Positions 1 to 7,056 are shown, numbered from the stretch's first letter. The stretch: DNA of 18,397 bases from Candidatus Micrarchaeota archaeon (GCA_038046605.1 JBBSVW010000054.1:1-18397), one strand, 5' to 3'. A program made the numbers and translations. Notes: a model not told the origin generated them from the letters alone.

Positions 1-254
1 TGCCCAAATTTTCGCCTATTCATTTTCCCCTGGACCATCGGGCGGCGCATTCCCATGAAAATTCCGCCTGCAAGGGTTGCAACTGCGATGTGAAACGGGA
101 TGCTAACTCTTTTAGCGAATTCAGCCTCTTTCAATGCGCGGTCCTCGTGCATTTCCCTTAGGTGGATTAATTTGGTTAGATTTGGAAAAAGATCCGGATT
201 GGCTTTAATTGCCCCAATATATTTTTCCGGATTTTCCTTGCTTATTATTTCCAT
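1..254 (-). CDS. Hypothetical protein, 3' end beyond the left window edge
   Basis: Hand translation from ATG at 254 gives MEIISKENPEKYIGAIKANPDLFPNLTKLIHLREMHEDRALKEAEFAKRVSIPFHIAVATLAGGIFMGMRRPMVQGKMNRRKFG..., open to position 1. It starts 23 nt after the rio1 stop on the same strand and is not in the ORF track. Confidence 0.65.
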   Translation of the reverse strand, partial: MEIISKENPEKYIGAIKANPDLFPNLTKLIHLREMHEDRALKEAEFAKRVSIPFHIAVATLAGGIFMGMRRPMVQGKMNRRKFG

Positions 255-277
255 GGGATTGCTGTAATTATTGCATA

Positions 278-1057
278 CTAGGATATTGCATCGATTTCGC
301 CCTTAATATATTCAAGCGCAATCTCCTCGCTGATGCCTGCGCCGATTTTCCTGAAGAACTTGAGCAGGTTGTGAATGTCATTTCTTAGGAACTGGCTCGC
401 CTGTGGATGGTGCGTCAAAACCGCCTGCCCAACATCGATGATGTATGGCTCATCATGGAAATTGATGATGTTGTACTCGCTCAAATCCACGTGCACAATC
501 CCCGCCTCATGCATCCTCCTCATATTCTCGAGGATTTTCAATACTGTTCCCATGGGGTCCAAAATCTCCGCCTCAATAAGCAGTTCTGAAGGGACGCCTT
601 CCTCCCCTAGGAATTCCATGACTACCACATTATCCTTGCACTTGACTGGCCTTGGCGCCCTCACCCCTGCCTTGTTCACAAGCTTCAGGTTAGCAAATTC
701 CTTTTTTGCAAAAATCCTAACCATCTCCCTTTTGTTCCCCGGCATGTTAAACCTTTTATCGCCCTCCAGGTACTGCGCACGCTTTTGGAACGAGGGCCCC
801 TCGAATTTGAAGATTTTCACGGCAAGGTATTCCTTTTCCCCTCCATCCGCTGCATCCTTTGTTGCGCGGTAAACCGCCGCCTCCTTGCCATGCGCAATTG
901 GGAAATCAAGCGATGAAAATACGCCCTTGATCATCAATTCCTTCAGGGTGCGTATGGTGACATCGTCAAACACCCTCTCGGAGAATTTGGTCTGCCCTTC
1001 CTTGATCATCTTGACCTCGCGGTCTGGGCGCTTTTTTGTGCTTAGTTTCATTGCCAT
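278..1057 (-). CDS. rio1: RIO1-family atypical Ser/Thr kinase/ATPase (small-subunit ribosome biogenesis)
   Basis: RIO1 motifs: xxGKEAAVY P-loop, AVKIFK, KEFANL, VVMEFLG, catalytic IVHVDLSEYNI and metal-binding IIDVGQAV..HP. No N-terminal winged helix of the RIO2 type. SD-like GGGAGGT just upstream. Confidence 0.93.
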   Translation of the reverse strand: MAMKLSTKKRPDREVKMIKEGQTKFSERVFDDVTIRTLKELMIKGVFSSLDFPIAHGKEAAVYRATKDAADGGEKEYLAVKIFKFEGPSFQKRAQYLEGDKRFNMPGNKREMVRIFAKKEFANLKLVNKAGVRAPRPVKCKDNVVVMEFLGEEGVPSELLIEAEILDPMGTVLKILENMRRMHEAGIVHVDLSEYNIINFHDEPYIIDVGQAVLTHHPQASQFLRNDIHNLLKFFRKIGAGISEEIALEYIKGEIDAIS

Positions 1058-1509
1058 TCTGTTAACCTCCCTTTGTGTTCTATTATTTTTCCCAATGTTG
1101 CATTATGGAATGGAAACTCTGATGGTTTGGCTCTTCTTCCAGTGCCCAAATCATAATGAAGCTTGTAATCGGCTCCAGCAAAAGGCAGCAAATCCTTTGC
1201 GAACCTTTTCAGACATTTCAAAACCATTGTTTTTTGGGGGGCAGTTAGTGTTTCATCTTCCCGTATGCCTGCGATTGTTTGCGGCCCATGTCTCATCTCC
1301 ACCCTCTTGATATCCTGCCTTATTGCGCCCCAGATCTCGATTGAATTTGGTTCGGCGCCAATGCCTTCCTCCATCCTCCTGGCCTGGGCTGCAAAATGGC
1401 TTGGTGCAAATATAAGTACATTCTTTTTATTAGGTCGGATAGTCATGATGAATGGGATAAAGGGGCCATCTACGCCAGTTACCCTTTCCGTATTCCCAAC
1501 TATCCTCAT
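1048..1509 (-). CDS. Hypothetical protein (153 aa)
   Basis: Fills the gap between endonuclease IV (1-nt spacing) and rio1 (10-nt overlap), which suggests an operon. No recognisable motif. Confidence 0.7.
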   Translation of the reverse strand: MRIVGNTERVTGVDGPFIPFIMTIRPNKKNVLIFAPSHFAAQARRMEEGIGAEPNSIEIWGAIRQDIKRVEMRHGPQTIAGIREDETLTAPQKTMVLKCLKRFAKDLLPFAGADYKLHYDLGTGRRAKPSEFPFHNATLGKIIEHKGRLTEWQ

Positions 1510-1510
1510 T

Positions 1511-2353
1511 TTAACCGCCTAATAATTTTGTGTAAATTTTCTGCATCTCCAGCGCATCATTCTCAATTTCCGGCGATTCGCAAATAATTGTTCCGGAGCA
1601 GCCCTTTTCAACAAGCGCTGCCGCAAGCAAGGAAAAATCCGGGTCCTTCACGCTTATTGGCAGATGATTTTTCTCCCCTTTTTCCGAATACGCGATCCCC
1701 TCAAAATGCACGTGCAATGTTTGGAGGTATTTTTTCCCGAACGATCCCGCAATTTCAAGTTTTTCCAAAAAATCGCCTTTTGTTCTGAGGCATCCATTCC
1801 CCCTCGCGTGCAAATGCCCAAAATCAATGCATGGGTTCACCTTTTCCATCCCGAACTCATTTGCAAGGGTGAAATTCTCCTCAAGCGTTCCGAACTGCGC
1901 GACCTTGCCCATGGTTTCAAGTGCAATTTGGGTGTTTTGAATTTTTTTCGCTTTTAGCTCATCAAGGATCATCCCTATCTGTGCCTTCATTTCCTCCATT
2001 GCCTGCTTCTTATCAATTTTACCGTAAAATGCCGGATGCACAACAATCCTCCTCGCGCCAGCAATACTTCCGATTTTACAGCTATCGACAATCCGCTTCC
2101 GGCTTGCAACCCTCTTTTCCTTTTCCACCGAGAGCAGGTTAATGTAATAGGGCGCGTGAATGGAAAGCGAAATTTTATTTTTTTCAGCAGCCTTCCGAAC
2201 CTCGAGCGCTTTTTCCTCCTTCATCTGCACCCCGTACACGAATTCCATCTCCATTGCATGCAGCCCAAGCTCATTCACGCATTCGATTCCCGAAATGGCA
2301 TCCCTCTCCTTAAGCCTTAATGGGATTCCCGCAGTCCCAAAAATAATTGGCAT
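1511..2353 (-). CDS. nfo: Archaeal endonuclease IV / AP endonuclease family 2 (TIM barrel)
   Basis: Metal-ligand motifs SIHAPYYINL, VVHP, LETMGK..FG, CIDFGHLHAR, HVHF, GEKNHL and IICESP. Confidence 0.9.
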   Translation of the reverse strand: MPIIFGTAGIPLRLKERDAISGIECVNELGLHAMEMEFVYGVQMKEEKALEVRKAAEKNKISLSIHAPYYINLLSVEKEKRVASRKRIVDSCKIGSIAGARRIVVHPAFYGKIDKKQAMEEMKAQIGMILDELKAKKIQNTQIALETMGKVAQFGTLEENFTLANEFGMEKVNPCIDFGHLHARGNGCLRTKGDFLEKLEIAGSFGKKYLQTLHVHFEGIAYSEKGEKNHLPISVKDPDFSLLAAALVEKGCSGTIICESPEIENDALEMQKIYTKLLGG

Positions 2354-2443
2354 AAATTATTGCCTTCAACCTTTTGTTGGCAAATTCACTGCGTTTGATA
2401 ATAAATAGGCTTCTTTCCGCCCTAATGCGCGATCCCCCTTCTC

Positions 2444-2462
2444 ACAAAAAGGTATTTAATTC
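2444..2462 (+). promoter_or_regulatory. Putative BRE/TATA promoter for the MBL-fold hydrolase
   Basis: Purine run AAAAAGG followed by TATTTAATT about 30 nt upstream of the ATG at 2492, in a divergent intergenic region. Confidence 0.4.
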
Positions 2463-2491
2463 TGCTTGGGGATGTTGTTAGCGGGGTAAAA

Positions 2492-3169
2492 ATGGTAACA
2501 CTCAAATACCTTGGGCATTCATCTTTCGAAGTAGCGCTTGGCTCCAAAACAATCCTGTTTGATCCGTGGTTAAATCCAAGCCCAAAAGAGGAGCAAAGGC
2601 TCCTTGCTCCCGCTCATACTGCCGAGGGCGTCAAGAAAGCCGACCTTGTCATGATATCCCATGAGCACTTCGACCATTTCGATCCCGCTGATGTCAAGCG
2701 CATATATGAAAAGACCTTCACTCACATGGTTGCGCCGCAAAACGTTTTCGAGCAATTGTCAATTCCGCAGAGCCGGCGGGTTGTTGCATACGTTGGGGAT
2801 GAATTCAATTACCAGGGAATTGACATCAAAGTAGTTGAGGCAAGGCATCCCCAATCCTCCGGCGCTGTTGGCTACATAATTTCTGATGGGAACCAAAGCG
2901 TGTATTTTGCCGGTGACACTTACGATTTCTTTGGCCTTTCAAAAATCCAGGCGGATGTAGCGCTTCTCCCAATTGGCGGAACTTACACAATGGATATGAT
3001 CGGCGCACTTTCGGCGCTTTCAAAGATGCGCGTTAAGCATATGATCCCAATGCACTACAACACCTTTGGAAACATCAAGGCAAACCCATACGAGTTCCAG
3101 AAGAGGGCGATGAAGGATTCAAAGGTTCAAGTGCATGTGCTTGACATTGGCGAAACAATAGAGCTTTAG
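2492..3169 (+). CDS. Metallo-beta-lactamase-fold metal-dependent hydrolase (UPF0173/UlaG-like)
   Basis: Motifs LGHSSF, FDPW, SHEHFDH (HxHxDH), YFAGDT, LPIGGxYTM and IPMHYNTF. Confidence 0.9.
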   Translation: MVTLKYLGHSSFEVALGSKTILFDPWLNPSPKEEQRLLAPAHTAEGVKKADLVMISHEHFDHFDPADVKRIYEKTFTHMVAPQNVFEQLSIPQSRRVVAYVGDEFNYQGIDIKVVEARHPQSSGAVGYIISDGNQSVYFAGDTYDFFGLSKIQADVALLPIGGTYTMDMIGALSALSKMRVKHMIPMHYNTFGNIKANPYEFQKRAMKDSKVQVHVLDIGETIEL

Positions 3170-3243
3170 TTAGTGGCAAAATTCCCGCCTGAATCCGTTT
3201 AATCCCCTTAACCTCATGGGCCCATAATTAGTTATTTGTGCCT

Positions 3244-3366
3244 CTAAAACCTGTATTCGTCGGGCTGCTTTGGCTTGCTTCTTTTAGGGTAGCTCATGAA
3301 CCAGATTATTATCACCATTGCAAGTGCCAAAATCACGGTTGTTTGGGAATCCAGGAAATCGCCCAT
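3244..3366 (-). CDS. Small single-pass membrane peptide (40 aa)
   Basis: Translates as MGDFLDSQTTVILALAMVIIIWFMSYPKRSKPKQPDEYRF*: a hydrophobic helix followed by a basic tail. A TATA-like TTTATATT lies about 22-29 nt upstream on the minus strand, which fits a leaderless transcript. Below the ORF-track cutoff. Confidence 0.6.
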   Translation of the reverse strand: MGDFLDSQTTVILALAMVIIIWFMSYPKRSKPKQPDEYRF

Positions 3367-3377
3367 GGAAAATTAAC

Positions 3378-3396
3378 TCTCGCTACGAATATAAAT
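3378..3396. repeat. Direct repeat copy 1, TCTCGCTACGAATATAAAT (TATA-containing)
   Basis: 18/19 identical to 3518-3536, offset by 140 bp. Confidence 0.9.
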
Positions 3397-3510
3397 GACA
3401 AGCCCAAGGGGGCACATCCCCCTTGCTCCAGATTCCCCAAGAATCTGGGCATGCCCAGAACCTCCGGTTCTGGGGCATAGTCTTGTCGGACTCCCAAACC
3501 CCCTGTTGGG
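3397..3510. ncRNA. Candidate structured RNA or palindromic element (four-way junction plus an extra hairpin)
   Basis: Closing stem GACAAG(3397-3402)/CTTGTC(3482-3487) encloses three hairpins: CAAGGGGG/CCCCCTTG (3405-3425), CCAGATTC/GAATCTGG (3428-3448) and ATGCCCAGAACC/GGTTCTGGGGCAT (3451-3478). A weaker hairpin lies at 3493-3510. The structure is seen directly; expression and strand are inferred. Confidence 0.5.
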
Positions 3511-3517
3511 CTTCTGT

Positions 3518-3536
3518 TCTCGCTACGTATATAAAT
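3518..3536. repeat. Direct repeat copy 2, TCTCGCTACGTATATAAAT; likely bidirectional TATA box
   Basis: 18/19 identical to 3378-3396. TATATAAA on + sits about 21-29 nt before ATG 3557. TTTATATA on - points into the structured element. Confidence 0.85.
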
Positions 3537-3556
3537 CATGGCTGCGTCTCCTTTTC

Positions 3557-4699
3557 ATGCCGCAGCCGCAGATGAAAAAGGAGCTAAAGAGGATCGGAAA
3601 GGATGCGCCAAAGGCCCTTATGCCCTACAAGCAAGACTATACCGGCTGGATGATTGGAGCCCTTGTTCTGATTGCCATCATTGCTATTGCACTGTATTTG
3701 AATGCTAACCAAAAATCCCCAAATCCTTCCCCAACTGCTGCTCCAACCCTAACTTCAACTCTAGTGCCAACCAAGCAATCCACTCCAACGCCATTTGCAA
3801 CTGCAACCCCAACCGATGAGCCAATTCCAACAATCACAAGGCTGGAAATTTCGAAGTGCGGGACGATCAAGGAAAGCATCACGCTCCAAAATGATCTTGA
3901 GTCCCAGGGGACGTGCCTAACTATTGCATCCCAGGGCGTCACTATTGATTGCAATGGATTCAAGATTACCGGAAAAACCGCCGAAAATTCGAGCGCAATT
4001 TATTCCGAATTTGCAAAAACTTCAGTTAAAAATTGCGTCATCTCCTCGTACGAACTAGGAATTAGGCTCTTCAAGGCCGATTCGAGCACTCTTGAGGATA
4101 ACGTTTTAACCGCAAACATTGGGGGCATGCTATTGCAACAAAGTAGCGGCTTGAAAATCCTGCGCAACCAATTCTACAACAGCTCCGAGGGCGCAATCAT
4201 CCTAAACAGCGTTGAAAAGAGCGCACTCGAGGGCAATTTCATCGACCAAAGCACGCGCTATGGCATCCAGGTGGTGGGCTCAAGCGACAACACCCTTAAG
4301 GGCAACCTGATCTACCGCAATAAATTTGGAATCCAGCTTTCGGGTTCCAGCAATAACCTCATTTTAGCAAACAATGTGAGCTTCAATTCCGCGGGAATCA
4401 AGATCACCTCGCGCTCCAGCGGCAACCGCATCGAGGGCAATTATGTCCTTGATAACCAAGGAGTTGGCCTTCATGTGCTTGATTCATTCGAAACCGTTAT
4501 CAAGGGAAACACGTTTTCTGGAAATGAATATGGGATCAACATGTTGGATTGGATAACCAATCTTGAGGACAATTATGCATGCGGCAACAGCATAATGGAT
4601 ATATACTGCGAGGCCTCCCAGAATGCAACAGGCAACATCTGCGAGCAAAGGCTTACCGCGTGCGGCTTTGATTGTGTAAGAAAATGCAAAACGGATTAG
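3557..4699 (+). CDS. Membrane-anchored right-handed parallel beta-helix (NosD/PbH1/CASH-type) surface protein
   Basis: Basic N-terminus, TM helix WMIGALVLIAIIAIALYL, Pro/Thr linker, CGTI..LQNDL..GTCLTI..GVTIDCNGFKITG cap, repeated N-x-x-GI-x-L-x-x-S-x-x-N-x-I/L-x-x-N coils and a Cys-rich C-terminus. I moved the start from the track's 3395 to 3557 (3572 is an alternative) because the upstream part is the hairpin element and a TATA precedes 3557. Confidence 0.85.
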   Translation: MPQPQMKKELKRIGKDAPKALMPYKQDYTGWMIGALVLIAIIAIALYLNANQKSPNPSPTAAPTLTSTLVPTKQSTPTPFATATPTDEPIPTITRLEISKCGTIKESITLQNDLESQGTCLTIASQGVTIDCNGFKITGKTAENSSAIYSEFAKTSVKNCVISSYELGIRLFKADSSTLEDNVLTANIGGMLLQQSSGLKILRNQFYNSSEGAIILNSVEKSALEGNFIDQSTRYGIQVVGSSDNTLKGNLIYRNKFGIQLSGSSNNLILANNVSFNSAGIKITSRSSGNRIEGNYVLDNQGVGLHVLDSFETVIKGNTFSGNEYGINMLDWITNLEDNYACGNSIMDIYCEASQNATGNICEQRLTACGFDCVRKCKTD

Positions 4700-4836
4700 A
4701 TGACGATTTGCCCGCTGCAAGGGGGAAAACCAATTCCATCCTGTGCGAACTTTGCGGCTCAACAATGGTCCAAGCCGGCGGCTGCTTTATTTGCATGAAA
4801 TGCGGGCAGAAGAAGTGCAATACGGATATTACGTAA
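4684..4836 (+). CDS. Small stand-alone zinc-ribbon protein (50 aa)
   Basis: Translates as MQNGLDDDLPAARGKTNSILCELCGSTMVQAGGCFICMKCGQKKCNTDIT*, with CxxCG-x8-CxxCxxCG-x3-C. Overlaps the upstream gene end by 16 nt. Not in the ORF track. Confidence 0.75.
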   Translation: MQNGLDDDLPAARGKTNSILCELCGSTMVQAGGCFICMKCGQKKCNTDIT

Positions 4837-4840
4837 CCTC

Positions 4841-4877
4841 CGACACAATGAGGGGGCTAAGCCCCCTACTTGTGTCG
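4841..4877. terminator. Strong hairpin between convergent genes (possible bidirectional terminator or REP-like element)
   Basis: CGACACAA-tg-AGGGGGC-taa-GCCCCCT-ac-TTGTGTCG gives 8-bp and 7-bp perfect stems, starting 4 nt after the zinc-ribbon stop. Confidence 0.5.
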
Positions 4878-4936
4878 CTTCTACCCCCCTATTTAGCTCT
4901 GCGAATTTATCAGAATTAGCGATTTGCGTTTTTTCA

Positions 4937-5635
4937 TTAGCGAAGCGATTCCCAAAGGATTTCCGCACGGGAATCGACTTCAATTCCTTTTTCCGATATG
5001 GTAAAAGGCCTAACGCTCTTGTCGTTGTCCGTTCCCCTCATCTTCCTAACAAAAATCGAGCGGTGGGGCGGGAAGAAATACATCAGCACAACCCCATCGC
5101 ACAAGAACTCCTCCACCCCGAACCTGGAAAGATCATCCTTTTTCCCGGAGGTTTCGCAGGTTAGTAGGGTGGTCACATCCATTTTCCTAAGCTCCTCGAT
5201 AAGCGAATACATGGCGTACCTGATCTTGGAGGAATCATCAAGCCAGAGGGAAAACGCCGTAATTGAATCAATCACAAGGCGCTTTACTTTCATCTCCTTT
5301 GCCTTTTCAATTATCCTTCTCGTCTGCCCTTCTATGTCATCCTTCATGCCAAGCGAAGGCTCGAATTTGTATATTTTAAGCATGTCCTCCTTTTCCAGCG
5401 AAAGCAGGTCCCATTTGAATCGCTGCATGTTCCACCACATATTGTGCGGGCCTTCCTCGAGTGTTATGTACGCCCCTTTTTCCCCGTACAATTTTGCGCC
5501 GTTATATAGGTATTGCATGCAAAGTATGCTCTTCCCAGCTCCTGGCCCCCCGGAGATGAGTATGCTCGAACTTTCCGGGAACCCCCCTTCTATCAATTCG
5601 TCTAGGCCAGGTATTCCCGATTTAACGCGGTTCAT
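4937..5635 (-). CDS. KaiC/GvpD/RAD55-family RecA-like ATPase (single domain)
   Basis: RVKSGIPGLDELIEGG start, Walker A GGPGAGKS, YITLEE, Walker B RLVIDS, EEFLCDGV and KMRGT. GGGGAG SD upstream. Confidence 0.92.
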   Translation of the reverse strand: MNRVKSGIPGLDELIEGGFPESSSILISGGPGAGKSILCMQYLYNGAKLYGEKGAYITLEEGPHNMWWNMQRFKWDLLSLEKEDMLKIYKFEPSLGMKDDIEGQTRRIIEKAKEMKVKRLVIDSITAFSLWLDDSSKIRYAMYSLIEELRKMDVTTLLTCETSGKKDDLSRFGVEEFLCDGVVLMYFFPPHRSIFVRKMRGTDNDKSVRPFTISEKGIEVDSRAEILWESLR

Positions 5636-5644
5636 GTTGCTCCC

Positions 5645-6172
5645 CTAAAATTCAGGCTTTTTGATCCTTACCTTAAGTACCATCAGGATGGCTGTAATTA
5701 TCATTGCAAAAGGCGAAAGCCCCCTTGCGAAATGGAAGACCAGGACTAGAAGCATCGCCGCCGCCGGAATTGGCAGCCCAAAATATACCCCTTCCTCCTT
5801 TTGGATGTTGAATGCCGCAAGCCGGATCAGCCCGGCGCACACGTAGCAAAGTGAAAAAACCAGCGCCATGGGTGAATAATTGCCCGAAAGCACAATAGCC
5901 GCTGGCGCCACCCCAAATGAAATTATGTCGGCAAGGGAATCAAGCTCCCTGCCAAATTCATTCCCCTTGCGGGTATCCCTGGCCACCTGCCCGTCGAGAT
6001 AATCAAATGCGGCTGAGATGAATACGAAAACCACAGCTGCAACCGGATTGGAGGAGAGGGCATAGTAGATTGAAAGGAATCCGGAGGCGCCATTTGCCAG
6101 GGTCAGGAAATCCTTCGCTTCAAGCGACTCAACCGCATCGTGTAGCATAATACGGGGTAATGGTTTTGGCAT
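5645..6172 (-). CDS. pssA: CDP-alcohol phosphatidyltransferase, PssA/archaetidylserine synthase-like
   Basis: Signature DYLDGQVARxxxxGNEFGRELDSLAD followed by ISFGVAPA, IRLAAFN and FxGLPIPAAA, as in PssA-type enzymes. Multiple TM helices. Confidence 0.82.
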   Translation of the reverse strand: MPKPLPRIMLHDAVESLEAKDFLTLANGASGFLSIYYALSSNPVAAVVFVFISAAFDYLDGQVARDTRKGNEFGRELDSLADIISFGVAPAAIVLSGNYSPMALVFSLCYVCAGLIRLAAFNIQKEEGVYFGLPIPAAAMLLVLVFHFARGLSPFAMIITAILMVLKVRIKKPEF

Positions 6173-6190
6173 TAAAAAGGCTTACTTACG

Positions 6191-6946
6191 CTAAGCAAGC
6201 CCAAGCCTTGCGATTCTTTTCTTTTGGGCAACAAATGCTTTTTCATATTCCAATGCTCCCCGATCCATCAATTTGTGCGCAAGCTCATTTGCCTGCAATG
6301 AATTATTATCGGACAAATAATAGAGGTGGGAAAATTCCCTTCTAAGGAGTGCGAGGAGAGCGCCACGTTCCAATTTCCTTGCAAATTTGCTTGCAATGCG
6401 CCGTATCTGGGTAAAGTCGATAAGAAGCCCGCTTCCTCTTTTATCCACTATCATGTTCTGGTAGAGGTGGCCTTGAAGGTAGCCGGCTGCATGCAGCTTC
6501 CCAAGCGCTCTTGCGATCCCAAAAAACGTCCCCTCCTTCTTTTGGATTGGTACCGAATCATCAAACAAGTAATCCGAAAGAGGCCTGCATCCGCGTTTCC
6601 AGAGGGTAAGGTAGCTTGTGCCTTTGGGAGTCCTTATCATCGCAAATGGCGTTTCGACCACGGATGCATGCAAATCCGCGGCTTTTTGCATCGCTTTGAA
6701 ATTCCTTTCCTTGGGCAGGAATACCGGATCCATTTCCCGCCTCATTTTCCCTGTCACATGGCGCACCGCAAGAAGGCGGCCATTCAATTCGTGCACGTTT
6801 ACTAACGGATGCTGCCCCACCTGCTTTTTGGGCTTTTCACTTAGCGCTTTAAGTATTCCATCCGGTGATGTTTTTTCCCAGTGCAATACCTCCATTTCAC
6901 CTATTCTGGAGGTTTTCCATCTTATTGGCATACGATGTTTTACCAT
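6191..6946 (-). CDS. Divergent protein-kinase-like (Kdo/WaaP/Bud32-like fold) protein with a degenerate catalytic loop
   Basis: LLAVR (beta3), ERNF (alphaC), VETPFA, LGKLHAAGYLQGHLYQN and LLIDF appear in protein-kinase-like order, but the HGD loop reads QGH. Confidence 0.65.
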   Translation of the reverse strand: MVKHRMPIRWKTSRIGEMEVLHWEKTSPDGILKALSEKPKKQVGQHPLVNVHELNGRLLAVRHVTGKMRREMDPVFLPKERNFKAMQKAADLHASVVETPFAMIRTPKGTSYLTLWKRGCRPLSDYLFDDSVPIQKKEGTFFGIARALGKLHAAGYLQGHLYQNMIVDKRGSGLLIDFTQIRRIASKFARKLERGALLALLRREFSHLYYLSDNNSLQANELAHKLMDRGALEYEKAFVAQKKRIARLGLA

Positions 6947-7056
6947 TTTTGGGATTAATATTGGCTCCGCCCTTCCTTGGCACTCTTAAAAAACCCTTTT
7001 CAGTATAATCTATCCGGGCCTTACCGAAAAAAATGAAAGTTCGATTCGGGCTTGTA

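Noticed and set aside
172-233. MNRRKF in the left-edge ORF (near positions 6-23) as a Tat signal, and local TCCGGA palindromes at 172-233
   Set aside because: The RR motif is about 80 residues from the start and its downstream context is outside the window. The 6-bp palindromes are expected by chance.
3216-3225. ATGGGCCCAT 10-bp palindrome between convergent genes
   Set aside because: No loop, weak flanking pairing and no second copy; insufficient to call a terminator or operator.
3378-3536. CRISPR mini-array, tRNA, 5S, SRP or RNase P RNA interpretation of the repeat-flanked element
   Set aside because: Only two 19-bp repeats with a 121-bp spacer and no cas genes in the window. I saw none of the conserved motifs of those RNAs.
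3238-3556. ORFs 3238-3480 (+) and 3333-3539 (-), and the 54-codon N-terminal extension of the beta-helix gene from 3395
   Set aside because: They run through the GC-rich hairpin element and TATA repeats. The 40-aa minus-strand ORF and the 3557 start fit promoter spacing better.
375-6989. Long antisense ORFs such as 375-872, 885-1310, 4998-5648, 6326-6805 and 6618-6989
   Set aside because: Shadow frames opposite well-supported genes, with no motifs.
7016-7054. GGGCCT at 7016 as an alternative tRNA 5' end, implying a fourth 32-nt intron in the acceptor stem; a TTAAAAA box lies about 30 nt upstream
   Set aside because: No register gave a convincing BHB with flanking helices. GGGCTTG at 7048 already pairs with CAGGCCC and matches typical tRNA-Ile starts. 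More likely 5' leader; 5' RACE would settle it.
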